A stretch of DNA of 64,000 nt from a bacterium. Its GTDB lineage: Bacteria > Electryoneota > RPQS01. The position numbers and the translations under genes were made by a program. The stretch covers positions 312,077 through 376,076 of the forward strand of contig JADJEH010000001.1 of NCBI GenBank assembly GCA_016702305.1. The letters run 5' to 3'. This document shows, one piece after another, positions 36,071 through 46,724 of this stretch. Under the pieces are notes generated by a model that saw nothing but the letters and a program-made list of their open reading frames with translations, was not told where the DNA came from and searched no databases. Within the stretch, counting starts at the first letter, position 1, and each line of letters starts with the position of its first letter.

Positions 36071-36540
36071 CCGCGCCGCTGCACATGCCCCTGCGAGTGG
36101 TCATTCTGCGCTCGCAATATCACGAGACGATCACGGCCAATCTGCTCGATGGCGCAGTCAGTGAATTGCGCGCGCATGGCCTGGACGATTCGCAGTTCGA
36201 GATCGTAACCGTCCCGGGTGCGTTCGAATTGGCCACCGCCGCAGCCCGCGTCGTGAAGCGCTTGAACGTGGACGCCGTTATTGCGTTGGGCTGTGTTGTC
36301 CGCGGTGAAACACCACACTTCGATTTCATTTGTCAGGCCTGCGCCAACGGCTTGTCGCGCGTCGGCGAATCCTCAGGAAAGCCCGTTACCTTCGGCGTTA
36401 TCACGGCCAACACCGTTGAACAGGCGTTTGAACGCGCCGGCGGGCGAGTTGGCAACAAAGGTCAGGAAGCCGCTCGTGCGGCACTTGAACTCGTGTCTGC
36501 CTTGAAACTATGGGAGCAGCAGCAAGTCACAGGCTCTTAA
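36067..36540 (+). CDS. ribH: 6,7-dimethyl-8-ribityllumazine synthase
   Basis: ...VTVPGAFELA..., ...DAVIALGCVVRGETPHFDFI... and ...FGVITANTVEQAFERAG... form the RibH consensus. Confidence 0.9.
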   Translation: MTAPLHMPLRVVILRSQYHETITANLLDGAVSELRAHGLDDSQFEIVTVPGAFELATAAARVVKRLNVDAVIALGCVVRGETPHFDFICQACANGLSRVGESSGKPVTFGVITANTVEQAFERAGGRVGNKGQEAARAALELVSALKLWEQQQVTGS

Positions 36541-36572
36541 CCCTTTTCTTCGGTCAATTGTGAGGGCATAAC

Positions 36573-38948
36573 ATGCCGCTGCTCGTCGCGCTTTGTGCGC
36601 TGACTATCGCAACTATCGCTTCTGCCAACCCGTTCCGTTGGACGACCTACACATCCGCGTCCAGCGTCCGCAATCTGCTCGTGACCGACGCCGGACTCTG
36701 GCTCGGCACCACTGGTGGCCTCGTCTCATTTGACCGGGCGACCGGCGAGTTTGATGTCTACACCAACACCCGTGGACTGGCAATGAACGCTACCGTGGGG
36801 CTGGGCGAAGATCAACAGGGTTGGATCTGGATCGTCGCGCCCGATGGCCGTATCACGCGACTCAATCCGCGGACCGGTCAAACGAAGGTCATCTCGGACC
36901 TGCAAAACGAGATCTTTGAAGTCTCCTCGATCGTGCGGGTCGGGGAGGAAATGTTTTTGGGGGCCAACAACGGAATCTACCGTTTCGCCTACTACGGCGT
37001 CGTAGATAACTACCGTGTTCTGGAGCGCGTCCGCGTGCTCGGGAGTTTCCCGACCAGCATTGCCGTTGCCGATCTCGTTGCCCACGACGGCTTTCTCTAT
37101 GCCGCCACCATCGCAGGACTCGCCCGGGCGCCCCTGACCAGTGCGCAGTTCTCCGCGCCCGCCGTCTGGGAAAACTACACGCTCACCGAAGGACTCCCGG
37201 CCAATAACGTTGAGGCGCTCGGTCTCGACGGGCAACGGCTCTGGCTGGCCACCGAGTCTCAAACCGCGTCCTTTGACGGCACTAATTTCAGTACGCCGAT
37301 TAGCGCACCTGAGGCTGTGCTCGAATTTGTCGGTTTTGATGGACAGTTCTACGCCATTAGCGAGAACACGCTCTATCGTTTCGCTGGTAATGCCTGGACC
37401 TCCACGGGACTCGGTCAACCGGGCCTGGCGGCGGTCGCCGTCACCGCCCTCGACGGCGTAAACATCCTCGCCATCGGTGTTGCAGATCGCAGCGAACGGC
37501 CCGGCGGACTGCGCTTCTTTGACGGGGCCGATCTGTCACCGATCATCGCGCCGCGCGGTGTGGGGGGCAACGCGGTCACCGCGCTGACGTTTGACTCCAT
37601 CGGTGATCTCTGGGTTGCCAGCCAAGGTGCTCGTACCGGCGTCTCCAAATTCTCGCACGAGCAATGGACTGCCTACACCCGCAGCGATACGCTTGGCGGG
37701 CTCTTCTGGAATTCCGGTCCGCGCTCCGCCGTTGCCGATAACTACGGCGGTGTCTGGTTCGGCAGCGATGGCGGCGGCGTTATTCGCCATCACAATGGCG
37801 AGTTCTATCGCTACAATTCCATCGAGGACGCAGGTTTTGATCAGGATGGCCCGCGGCTCTCCGGGATATCGGGCTCACCATCCTTCTGCGTCACACGGGT
37901 CGGCAAGCTCCCCTCCGGGGACATTCTCATCTCGAATCGTCTGGCCACCGTTCCACGTACTGTAGCCGTTGTCACCAATGATTGGCTCAGCCAGGGCAAC
38001 AATCCCACGCCGTGGGCCTACTACCGCACGCAGAGCGAGTCCGGAATCGCCCGCCCATACGAAATCAACGAGATCTTCGGTGATCCCTTTGGCCGCATCT
38101 TCGTCGGAGCGAGCTTCGACGGAAACCACACCTTCGTCTGCGATCCGGCCGGAACGCTGGCCGATACATCTAATGACCAATGGGCCAGCTACGATCCCGT
38201 CGAGTTGCAAGACGCCGCCACGACGTGCTTCGAGGACATCAACCGCGAGGTGCTGTCCTTCGCCGTGGACAAACAGAAATACCTCTGGGTCGGCACACCC
38301 GGCGGCGCGTACTATTCGCAAGGTGGCTTGACTCACAGCGGTAATCCGCAGGATAGTCTGCCCGATGACATCGCGAACTTGCGCTTCATCTGTCTGTTTG
38401 ATCTGCCCATCGGTCGCCGCGTTAATCACATTCATGTGGACGCGCAGGACAACAAGTGGTTTGCAACCGATGAAGGCGTGGCCGTGCTCGATCCGAGCTT
38501 CTCCTGGGTTCACGTGTTCCAAACATCGAGCAGCATTGACTTCGCGTCGGACCTCGCGTCAGAAAATGTAACTTCGATAACATCTAATCCCAGCACCGGC
38601 GAAGTTTGGATCGGCACGCTTGATGGTCTGTCACGACTCGAAACTCCCTACGTTACGCGCGAACGTACGCTCGACGAAGTCTGGCCCTATCCCAATCCGT
38701 TCATCGCTGACGGTACACAGCACATGTATCTCGATGCGAACGCGCTGGGGGGCCGTTTTGATGAATTGCGCGTCTTTACACTCACGGGCCGACTGGTCCG
38801 CGAATTAGCGTGGAGCACTGCCATCAGCACGGGCTGGGACGGCCGCAATGAAGATGGCGAGCTCGTCGCCGGCGGCGTCTATCTGCTGGTCGCCACCACT
38901 TCTGATGGCCACTCCGCCACCGGTAAACTTGCCGTGCTGGGCCGGTAG
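36573..38948 (+). CDS. secreted beta-propeller (two-component-regulator-propeller-like repeats) protein with T9SS C-terminal sorting domain
   Basis: A signal peptide is present. Repeats of the type GLWLGTTGGLVSFD / GDLWVASQGA / GVWFGSDGGGV resemble Reg_prop. The C-terminal roughly 90 aa ...VWPYPNPF...ELRVFTLTGRLVREL...WDGRNEDGELVAGGVYLLVATTSDGHSATGKLAVL has the hallmarks of the Por secretion (T9SS type A) CTD. Confidence 0.7.
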   Translation: MPLLVALCALTIATIASANPFRWTTYTSASSVRNLLVTDAGLWLGTTGGLVSFDRATGEFDVYTNTRGLAMNATVGLGEDQQGWIWIVAPDGRITRLNPRTGQTKVISDLQNEIFEVSSIVRVGEEMFLGANNGIYRFAYYGVVDNYRVLERVRVLGSFPTSIAVADLVAHDGFLYAATIAGLARAPLTSAQFSAPAVWENYTLTEGLPANNVEALGLDGQRLWLATESQTASFDGTNFSTPISAPEAVLEFVGFDGQFYAISENTLYRFAGNAWTSTGLGQPGLAAVAVTALDGVNILAIGVADRSERPGGLRFFDGADLSPIIAPRGVGGNAVTALTFDSIGDLWVASQGARTGVSKFSHEQWTAYTRSDTLGGLFWNSGPRSAVADNYGGVWFGSDGGGVIRHHNGEFYRYNSIEDAGFDQDGPRLSGISGSPSFCVTRVGKLPSGDILISNRLATVPRTVAVVTNDWLSQGNNPTPWAYYRTQSESGIARPYEINEIFGDPFGRIFVGASFDGNHTFVCDPAGTLADTSNDQWASYDPVELQDAATTCFEDINREVLSFAVDKQKYLWVGTPGGAYYSQGGLTHSGNPQDSLPDDIANLRFICLFDLPIGRRVNHIHVDAQDNKWFATDEGVAVLDPSFSWVHVFQTSSSIDFASDLASENVTSITSNPSTGEVWIGTLDGLSRLETPYVTRERTLDEVWPYPNPFIADGTQHMYLDANALGGRFDELRVFTLTGRLVRELAWSTAISTGWDGRNEDGELVAGGVYLLVATTSDGHSATGKLAVLGR

Positions 38949-38951
38949 CCA

Positions 38952-40652
38952 ATGCTCGCGCGCCTGAGCATTCGCGACTTCCTGCTGGTCAAAGAGATCA
39001 CTCTCGACTTATTGCCCGGCTTCACCGCCATCACCGGTGAAACAGGCGCGGGTAAAAGCATGATCCTCGGCGCGCTGCGCGTCCTGTTTGGCGACTCCCT
39101 GAGCGAGAGCATGATCCGCGAAACTGCCGACCGCGTGATCATCGAAGCGGAATTTCAACTCGCATCGCCCGAGGCCGTTCGGGCCCTGCTCGGCGAAGAT
39201 GCTGACGACGAACCCACGACGATTCTTGCCGTGCGCCGCGAATTGACCCGCGGTGGCCGGGCGCGCGGCTACATTCAGGACCGCCCCGCAACCGTAGAGC
39301 TGCTCAAATCCGTGGGCGAACAGCTCATGGACTTCCACGGTCAACGCGACAGCCTTTCGCTCTTTCGTGCCGCGCGTCAGCTTGAATTCCTCGATGCCTT
39401 CGCGGGCAACGCTGAACTCTGCGATCGCGTTGCCGCCGACTTTCGCCGCCGCGCTGATCTGCATAGACACCGCGATGAACTGCTGCGTGTCGTCACGGAG
39501 CGCCGCAAGGAACAGGCATTGCTGGCCTATCAATTGGAAGAAATCGAACGGCTTGGCCTGCACGCCGGTGAAGATGTTGACATCACCGCGCGCCTGAAAC
39601 GTCTTGAGCAATCCGAGAAGCTCATTACTCTCGCCACGCAAATGGCGGGCATTTTGGAACAGGACGACGTTTGTGCCGTTGCGCTGACCGGACAAGCGCG
39701 GCAGCTCGCCGACGAAATCAAACGTTACGACGATCAGTTTCAACCGATCGCATCCGAACTCGCGGAGCTCGCCGCCCGGTTGCGTGATGTGAGCGCTGAA
39801 GTCAGCCGCTACGCCGAACACGTCGAAGTGGACACCGCCGAACTCGAATTGCTGCGGCAACGCGCCGCCACGATCTCGGAACTGCGCCGCAAACACGGCC
39901 TTGACCTGCAACAGATTCTCGAACGCGCGCAAAACATGAAATCCGAGCTGGCGGAATTGGCACGCCTCGAACAGCAGCTCGCGCTGCTTGACCGCGACCT
40001 CGATTCCGCCGCCAAAGCTCTGCACGAGTCCGCGCACTTGCTTACCGCCGCGCGCAAATCCGCCGCACCCAAATTCGGCAAGGCCGTCGCGCAGGCGCTT
40101 GAGCCGCTGGGATTTGCCAAGCCGCGCTTCGAAATCAAACTCGACGCCGCCGACCCCGCCGACCCTGCGCATATCTCCCGCAGCGGCGCGGATTCCGTGG
40201 ACTTTCTGTTCGCGGCATCCGCTGGCCAGAAACTCGCGCCGCTGACTGACGTCGCCTCCGGCGGTGAATCGTCCCGCGTCACGCTCGCCATCAAGAGTGT
40301 CGTCGCCGAACGCATGCACTACCCGCTGCTCGTCTACGATGAAATTGATCTCGGCATTTCCGGCCGCGTTGCCGCGGCGGTCGCCAATTTGCTCGACAGC
40401 TTGGGTCGCGCGCAACAGCTTATGGTTGTCACGCACCTGCCCCAGATCGCGGCCCGCGCAAACCACCACCTTGAAGTTTCCAAAAGCACCTCCGGCAAGC
40501 AAACGCTCACCAGCGCGCGCCTGCTCAAACCCGATGAACGCGCGGCCGCCGTCGCCGCGCTGCTCGCCGGGACCGAAATCTCCGGCAGCGCACTGGCCGC
40601 CGCCGGCGAACTCCTCAACTCCCACAAATCCCCGACTGAACTGGCAGACTAA
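38952..40652 (+). CDS. recN: DNA repair protein RecN
   Basis: The SMC-like Walker A is ITGETGAGKSM. A long coiled coil follows. The C-terminal signature and Walker B read ...GGESSRVTLAIKSV...LLVYDEIDLGISG.... Confidence 0.9.
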   Translation: MLARLSIRDFLLVKEITLDLLPGFTAITGETGAGKSMILGALRVLFGDSLSESMIRETADRVIIEAEFQLASPEAVRALLGEDADDEPTTILAVRRELTRGGRARGYIQDRPATVELLKSVGEQLMDFHGQRDSLSLFRAARQLEFLDAFAGNAELCDRVAADFRRRADLHRHRDELLRVVTERRKEQALLAYQLEEIERLGLHAGEDVDITARLKRLEQSEKLITLATQMAGILEQDDVCAVALTGQARQLADEIKRYDDQFQPIASELAELAARLRDVSAEVSRYAEHVEVDTAELELLRQRAATISELRRKHGLDLQQILERAQNMKSELAELARLEQQLALLDRDLDSAAKALHESAHLLTAARKSAAPKFGKAVAQALEPLGFAKPRFEIKLDAADPADPAHISRSGADSVDFLFAASAGQKLAPLTDVASGGESSRVTLAIKSVVAERMHYPLLVYDEIDLGISGRVAAAVANLLDSLGRAQQLMVVTHLPQIAARANHHLEVSKSTSGKQTLTSARLLKPDERAAAVAALLAGTEISGSALAAAGELLNSHKSPTELAD

Positions 40653-40654
40653 CT

Positions 40655-41917
40655 TTGGATAGCTTACTTCTCCGCGGCGGACGACCGCTCGAAGGAGAGA
40701 TACCTGTTTCCGGATCGAAAAACGCCACGCTGCCGCTATTGGCCGCCGCGCTCCTCGCTCCCGGCTTCTATCGCTTCACTAACGTCCCGCGCCTTATGGA
40801 CGTACGCACGATGTGCAACTTGCTCCGTATTCTCGGCGCGAAAGTAGATGAACACGAGCACGAACTGCTCATTGACACGTCGCACGCTTCGCATATTGAA
40901 GCACCCTATGAATTGGTCAAAACCATGCGCGCCAGCTTCTATGTGCTCGGTGCGCTGCTTGGACGTCACGGCGAGGCTCGCGTCTCGCTGCCCGGCGGCT
41001 GCGCATGGGGACCGCGTCCTGTAGACTTGCACATGAAAGGGATGGAAGCGCTCGGCGCCAAACTGGAGCTCGACCAAGGCTACGTCGTCGCCAAAGCTTT
41101 GCCCTTGCGCGGGGCTACTTTCGAGTTCGGCATCTCCAGCGTCGGTGCTTCGGCCAATGTCCTGATGGCAGCCGTCCGTGCTGAAGGGACCACCGTCCTG
41201 AAAAACGTCGCGCTCGAACCCGAAGTGACGCAGCTTGCGATCTTCCTCAATCGCATGGGCGCGCGCATCGCCGGTATCGGCTCGCGCGAACTCACCATAC
41301 AAGGCGTCGCCGAGCTTCATCCCGCCGATGCGGAAATGCTGCCGGATCGCATTGAAACCGGCTCGTACATCTGCGCCGTCGGCATGACAGGTGGCAAAAT
41401 CAAAATCTCGCGGACTGATCCGGCGCAGTTGACCATCGTTCTCGAAACTGCCCGCCAGGCCGGACTCACTGTGCAAACCGGCGCTGATTACATTTCGGTC
41501 GAGCGAACAAATGGTGCGTTGAAACCGGTGACCATTACCACCGACGCCTATCCCGGCTTCCCGACTGACTTGCAAGCGCCGTTCATGGCCATGGCCACGC
41601 TCGCCGCCGGAGAATCGCGCATCACCGATACGATCTACACCGATCGCTTCACCCACGTCGCCGAACTCGCGCGACTCGGCGCGAATATCCGCATGGATCA
41701 CAACGTCGCCGTGATCACCGGCGTGCCGAAACTCACCGGCGCGCCCGTCATGTCCACTGACCTCCGTGCGTCTGTCTGTTTGGTGCTGGCGGGCCTCGCC
41801 GCGCACGGCGAAACCGAAGTCAAACGCGTCTATCATCTCGACCGCGGCTACGAAAAACTCGAAGTAAAACTCGCGCGCGTCGGCGCCGATATCCGGAGGA
41901 TCGAAGGCGACCTATGA
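40655..41917 (+). CDS. murA: UDP-N-acetylglucosamine 1-carboxyvinyltransferase
   Basis: ...LRGGRPLEGEIPVSGSKNA.LP... is present. The catalytic Cys is in ...PGGCAWGPRPVDLH.... The product is 420 aa. Confidence 0.95.
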   Translation: MDSLLLRGGRPLEGEIPVSGSKNATLPLLAAALLAPGFYRFTNVPRLMDVRTMCNLLRILGAKVDEHEHELLIDTSHASHIEAPYELVKTMRASFYVLGALLGRHGEARVSLPGGCAWGPRPVDLHMKGMEALGAKLELDQGYVVAKALPLRGATFEFGISSVGASANVLMAAVRAEGTTVLKNVALEPEVTQLAIFLNRMGARIAGIGSRELTIQGVAELHPADAEMLPDRIETGSYICAVGMTGGKIKISRTDPAQLTIVLETARQAGLTVQTGADYISVERTNGALKPVTITTDAYPGFPTDLQAPFMAMATLAAGESRITDTIYTDRFTHVAELARLGANIRMDHNVAVITGVPKLTGAPVMSTDLRASVCLVLAGLAAHGETEVKRVYHLDRGYEKLEVKLARVGADIRRIEGDL

Positions 41918-44900
41918 GCGCCGATTTCGTTCATCTGCACAACCACTCGGAGTACAGCCTCCTCGACGGCGCCTGTAAGGTCGGCGACCTCGTGCGCCGT
42001 GCCGTCGAATTGCAGATGCCCGCAATCGCTCTCACCGATCACGGCGCTCTGCACGGCGTCGTGGATTTCTACTCAGCCTGTAAATCAAACGGTATTCAGC
42101 CCATCATCGGCTGCGAAACTTACATCTGCAAGGATCGCTTCAACAAATCCGGCGGTCAACGCAGCCGCGACGGCGAGTACGCCAGCCATCTCCTGCTGCT
42201 GGCCAAGAACGAAGCGGGCTACAAAAACCTCGTCAAACTCTCGTCGCGCGGCTATACCGAGGGCTTCTACTACCGGCCGCGCATTGACCACGGACTCCTG
42301 GCCGGCCACTGCGACGGACTGATCGCCACCAGCGGCTGCATGTCATCGGAAATTCCCACGCTGCTAATGTCCGGTGACGAAACCGGCGCATGGGAACGAG
42401 CGATGTGGTACAAAGAGCTCTTCGGCACGGACTTCTATGTCGAAATCCAGCGCCATGACCTGCCCGACGAACCGCAGCTCAATAAGCAGCTCCTCAAGCT
42501 CGCCAAACGGCTTGATGCGAAAGTCATCTGCACGAACGATACGCACTACCTCGAGCGCAGCCATCACGAAGCGCATGACTGTCTTCTGTGCATCGGAACC
42601 GGCAAGTTCGTGTCAGACGCCGAGCGCATGAAGTTCGATACGCAGGAGTTCTATCTCAAGACTCCCGCCGAAATGGCCGCGCTCTTCAGCGATGTGCCCG
42701 AGGCGCTGCTCAACACGCGCGAAGTCGCCGAAAAGTGCGCCATTGCTCTGGACTTCAACACCCGCCATCTCCCGCACTTCCCGCTGCCGGAGGGTGAGAC
42801 CACCGAAACAGAGTACCTCACGAATCTCGCGCGCGCCGGATTGACGCGGCGCTATCGCGAAGTTACTCCCGAATTGCTCGAACGCCTCGACTACGAGCTT
42901 CGCGTTATTGACCAGATGGGCTTCTCGGGCTACTTCCTCATTGTCTCTGACTTCGTGCGCTATGCGCGCTCGATCGACGTCGCGGTCGGACCGGGTCGCG
43001 GTTCCGCCGCCGGTTCGCTTGTCTGCTATGCACTCGGTATCACCAGCCTCGACCCGATGCGCTTCGGCCTTTACTTCGAGCGCTTCCTCAATCCCGAGCG
43101 CATCTCGATGCCCGATATTGATATTGACTTCCATGACGAAGGCCGCGCCCGCGTGATTGAATATGTGCGCGAAAAATATGGCGCTGAATCCGTCGCGCAG
43201 ATCATCACCTTCGGCCGCCTGAAAGCGCGTGCCGTCGTCCGTGATGTGGGCCGCGTCTTGAGCATGCCCTATGCCGACGTGGATAAGCTCGCCAAACGCA
43301 TTCCCGAGGGTCCAACCGCCAACCTAACGACGGCCACCGAGAACAATCCCGAGCTGACCACGATGCTCGCCGAGCGCGAAGATTACCGGCGCGTCTTCAA
43401 TGTCGGTGCCACGCTGGAAGGGCTTTGCCGTCATGCCTCCACGCATGCCGCCGGCGTCGTCATTACCCCCGGACCGCTCACCGATTACGTCCCGCTGTTC
43501 CGCCAATCCGACGGCAGTGTCACCACGCAGTTCGATATGAATATCGTGGACAAGATCGGCCTGCTTAAGATGGACTTCCTCGGATTGCGCACGCTCAACG
43601 TCATTGACCTGTGCACGCGCATGCTGGCCGACCGCGGCATAACCCTTGAACTCGATACGCTTCATGAATCCAACGACGACAAGACCTATGACCTGCTCGG
43701 TCGAGGTGACACTGTCGGCGTCTTCCAGCTTGAATCGGGCGGCATGCGCGAGTGGCTCACCAAGCTGAAGCCCAACTGCATTGACGATATTGTGGCTATG
43801 GTCGCGCTCTACCGCCCCGGGCCGATGAATATGATCGGCGACTTCATCGAGCGTAAGCATGGCCGCACGCCCGTCGCATACCTGCATCCGAAACTAAAAC
43901 CGATCCTCGACCAGACATACGGAGTCATCGTTTATCAGGAACAGGTTCTGCGGATCGCCCGCGATATCGCCGGGTTCACGTTGGGCCGCGCTGACATTCT
44001 GCGGAAAGCAATGGGCAAGAAGAAGAAGGAAGAGATGGAGAAGGTCCGCGCCGACTTCATCGCCGGTTGCCTGTCGCATAGCGGACTTTCGCAGAAACTT
44101 GCCGAAGAAATATACGAACTGGTGCGCAAATTCTCCGAGTACGGTTTCGTCAAGGCGCATGCCGCCTGCTACGCCGTCCTCGCCTATCAGACTGCCTATC
44201 TTAAGGCTAACTATCCCGCGGAATTCGTCGCATCCAATATCGCGTCGTATCATGGTGACACCAAGCGCATGCCGAAAGTCATCAGCGACGCGCGCAAGTG
44301 CGGAGTCTCCGTGCGGCCGCCGGATGTGAATCAATCGGTGGCCAACTTCTCCGTGTCCGGCGACGCCGTGCGCTGCGGGCTCGAGAATATCAAGAACATC
44401 GGCCACAGTCCCGTCGAGTCTATCTTGAATGCGCGCGCCAAGGGCGGACCGTTCACGAGCTTTTTTGACATGGCCGCCCGCGTGGACTCACGCGTCGTCA
44501 ATCGCAAAGTCATTGAGAGTCTGATTGGAGCGGGTGCGCTCGACTCGCTGCCCGGCAATCGCGGTCGCTTCTTCGCGTCAATCGAATCGTTCTTGTCTTA
44601 TTCCGCGGAAAAAGAACGTGAACGCGATTTCGGTCAATCGTCCCTGTTTGGTGGCGTTGCCTCCGCGACTTCGCTCGAACCACAGCTCCCCGAGGTGATG
44701 GATCAGTCCTTCGACGAGAAGATTGCCCGCGAAAAAGAGCTGCTCGGCTTCTATGCCACCGGTCATCCGCTCGACATGGAACGAGATGTCATCGCCTCGA
44801 TTACAACGGCCGCGTTGGGTGACACCGCCGAGCTCGCCGATCAGGACAGCGTGCGGCTGGGCGGAGTGGTTACGGACATTCGCCGTCAGGTCACGCGCAA

Positions 44901-45345
44901 AGGCAAGCCGATGGCCACCGTCATCTTCGAAGACTACACGGGTTCCGCCGAAATTCTCGTCTTCTCCGATGTGCTCGAAAACTACCTGCCGATTCTGCAG
45001 AAAGATGCGCGTCTGATCATCGTCGCGCGCGTCACTCGCCGCGAGGACGAGGAACCCAAGTTTATCGCTGAGGAAATTTACTCTATTGAGGAAGCCAAGG
45101 CGCGATTCATCAAGCGCCTGCTCCTGCACCTCGCGCCGCGCCCGGATCTGGAAACCACGCTGAATGCTTTGGAAGATCTCTTTGCTTCCCACAGCGGCGA
45201 CGTTGAGATTCTCTTCAAAGTCGAACAGAATGGGCAGAACCGCTTTATCCGCTCACGCCGTTATCGTTTGAAGACGTCGCTTGCCGTGATCAACCAGATG
45301 CGCAAAGTCATCGGCGAGCAGAACGTAGAGTGCCTATGGCAATGA
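41914..45345 (+). CDS. dnaE: DNA polymerase III alpha subunit
   Basis: An N-terminal PHP domain is present (FVHLHNHSEYSLLDGA). The pol-beta-like palm (GPGRGSAAGSLV.Y.LGIT..DP) and OB fold are present. The product is 1143 aa. Confidence 0.95.
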   Translation: MSADFVHLHNHSEYSLLDGACKVGDLVRRAVELQMPAIALTDHGALHGVVDFYSACKSNGIQPIIGCETYICKDRFNKSGGQRSRDGEYASHLLLLAKNEAGYKNLVKLSSRGYTEGFYYRPRIDHGLLAGHCDGLIATSGCMSSEIPTLLMSGDETGAWERAMWYKELFGTDFYVEIQRHDLPDEPQLNKQLLKLAKRLDAKVICTNDTHYLERSHHEAHDCLLCIGTGKFVSDAERMKFDTQEFYLKTPAEMAALFSDVPEALLNTREVAEKCAIALDFNTRHLPHFPLPEGETTETEYLTNLARAGLTRRYREVTPELLERLDYELRVIDQMGFSGYFLIVSDFVRYARSIDVAVGPGRGSAAGSLVCYALGITSLDPMRFGLYFERFLNPERISMPDIDIDFHDEGRARVIEYVREKYGAESVAQIITFGRLKARAVVRDVGRVLSMPYADVDKLAKRIPEGPTANLTTATENNPELTTMLAEREDYRRVFNVGATLEGLCRHASTHAAGVVITPGPLTDYVPLFRQSDGSVTTQFDMNIVDKIGLLKMDFLGLRTLNVIDLCTRMLADRGITLELDTLHESNDDKTYDLLGRGDTVGVFQLESGGMREWLTKLKPNCIDDIVAMVALYRPGPMNMIGDFIERKHGRTPVAYLHPKLKPILDQTYGVIVYQEQVLRIARDIAGFTLGRADILRKAMGKKKKEEMEKVRADFIAGCLSHSGLSQKLAEEIYELVRKFSEYGFVKAHAACYAVLAYQTAYLKANYPAEFVASNIASYHGDTKRMPKVISDARKCGVSVRPPDVNQSVANFSVSGDAVRCGLENIKNIGHSPVESILNARAKGGPFTSFFDMAARVDSRVVNRKVIESLIGAGALDSLPGNRGRFFASIESFLSYSAEKERERDFGQSSLFGGVASATSLEPQLPEVMDQSFDEKIAREKELLGFYATGHPLDMERDVIASITTAALGDTAELADQDSVRLGGVVTDIRRQVTRKGKPMATVIFEDYTGSAEILVFSDVLENYLPILQKDARLIIVARVTRREDEEPKFIAEEIYSIEEAKARFIKRLLLHLAPRPDLETTLNALEDLFASHSGDVEILFKVEQNGQNRFIRSRRYRLKTSLAVINQMRKVIGEQNVECLWQ

Positions 45346-46724
45346 AACGCCATTGCGCCGCCGACCTGCGTCCGCCCCGTGTCATGATCCAAACGCTCGG
45401 CTGCGCCAAGAACGTTGTGGATAGCGAGACGCTCGCCGGACTGCTCAAACAAAGCGGCTACGAATACGTCGAACGCGAAGCGCAGGCCGATGTCGTCGTC
45501 GTCAATACGTGCGGTTTCATTGACGACGCGAAAGTGGAGTCCATTCAAGTCATGCTCGAAGCCGTGCGCTGGAAACAGGCCAAGCACGGTCGCCGCGTCT
45601 TTGCCATGGGTTGCCTGACACAGCGCGACGGACCTGAAATTCAGGCGGAACTGCCCGAGCTCGACGGCATCTTCGGTATTGGAGACTGGAGCGCAATGCT
45701 CGCCGCCCTGGGTGCCAATCCCATGAGCATGTCGAGCTCTTCCTCCGTGTTGACGATGTATAGCGGCAAGGCCGGACCGGGTTCCGCCTATTTGCGTATC
45801 TCTGACGGCTGCTCACACGCCTGCGCCTTTTGCGCGATTCCGCAAATGCGCGGTCTCTACCGCAGTGAACCGCTCGATAAACTTGTGGACGAAGCCCGCC
45901 TGCTCGCCCGGACCGGAGTCAAAGAGCTGCTGATCATCGGTCAAGAGACGACCAGCTACGGCGTGGACCTCTATCGCCAGCGCATGCTCGCCGAACTCTG
46001 CCGCCGTCTGTCCGATATCGAAGGCATCGAATGGATTCGCATTCTCTATGCGCACCCGCCGTCATCACCACCGCAATTGATGACCGAACTCGCGCGCGTG
46101 CCCAAGCTCGCGCCGTACATTGACTTTCCCATCGAGCACGCGTCGGCGCGCATGCTCAAACTGATGAATCGCAAGACCAGCCGGAGCAAAATGCAGGAGT
46201 CTATCGCGGCCTTTCGCGATGGCCGTGCCGATGTCTGCGTCCGCACGACTGTGCTCGTCGGCTTCCCCGGCGAGACTGATGATGATTTTGAAGAGCTCTA
46301 TGATTTCATGAGCGAAGTCCGATTCGAACGCGCCGGCGTCTTCACCTATTCGCCGCAAGTCGGAACGGCCGGCGCGCTGCTCCCCGATCGCGTCGAAGAG
46401 GGTGTCGCGCTCGACCGCCTCGACAGACTCATGAAATTGCAGAAACAAGTCTGTCTTGATCGTCACAAACAGCAAATTGGTGAAACCATTCCGGTGCTGA
46501 TCGAGCGCAATGTCCGCGAGGCGTCGTGGGGACGCGGCCCGTGGGATGCACCCGATATTGACGCGCGCGTGCGCGTGCGCGGCACGCTCCCGCCCGGCAC
46601 GCTTCATCAGGTCAAGATCACCGGCGCCGCCGCCTATCAACTGGATGCCGTGCCCATCGAATCGAGTGCCTTATCGCGGGGTGAATCATGCGGAAACTTA
46701 GCACTGCCTGTCTTGTCACGCTGA
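45330..46724 (+). CDS. rimO: radical-SAM methylthiotransferase, RimO-like (ribosomal protein S12 methylthiotransferase)
   Basis: The MTTase N-domain is ...LGCAKNVVDSE...VVVNTCGFI.... The radical-SAM cluster is CSHACAFC. A C-terminal TRAM domain is present. The RimO/MiaB distinction rests on the N-terminal pattern only. Confidence 0.6.
   Translation: MPMAMKRHCAADLRPPRVMIQTLGCAKNVVDSETLAGLLKQSGYEYVEREAQADVVVVNTCGFIDDAKVESIQVMLEAVRWKQAKHGRRVFAMGCLTQRDGPEIQAELPELDGIFGIGDWSAMLAALGANPMSMSSSSSVLTMYSGKAGPGSAYLRISDGCSHACAFCAIPQMRGLYRSEPLDKLVDEARLLARTGVKELLIIGQETTSYGVDLYRQRMLAELCRRLSDIEGIEWIRILYAHPPSSPPQLMTELARVPKLAPYIDFPIEHASARMLKLMNRKTSRSKMQESIAAFRDGRADVCVRTTVLVGFPGETDDDFEELYDFMSEVRFERAGVFTYSPQVGTAGALLPDRVEEGVALDRLDRLMKLQKQVCLDRHKQQIGETIPVLIERNVREASWGRGPWDAPDIDARVRVRGTLPPGTLHQVKITGAAAYQLDAVPIESSALSRGESCGNLALPVLSR

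Noticed and set aside
39009-40625. 538-aa minus-strand ORF
   Set aside because: It is antisense to recN. The composition is GC-rich-frame (G/A/R-rich) with no recognisable domain.
40736-41836. 366-aa minus-strand ORF
   Set aside because: It is antisense to murA.
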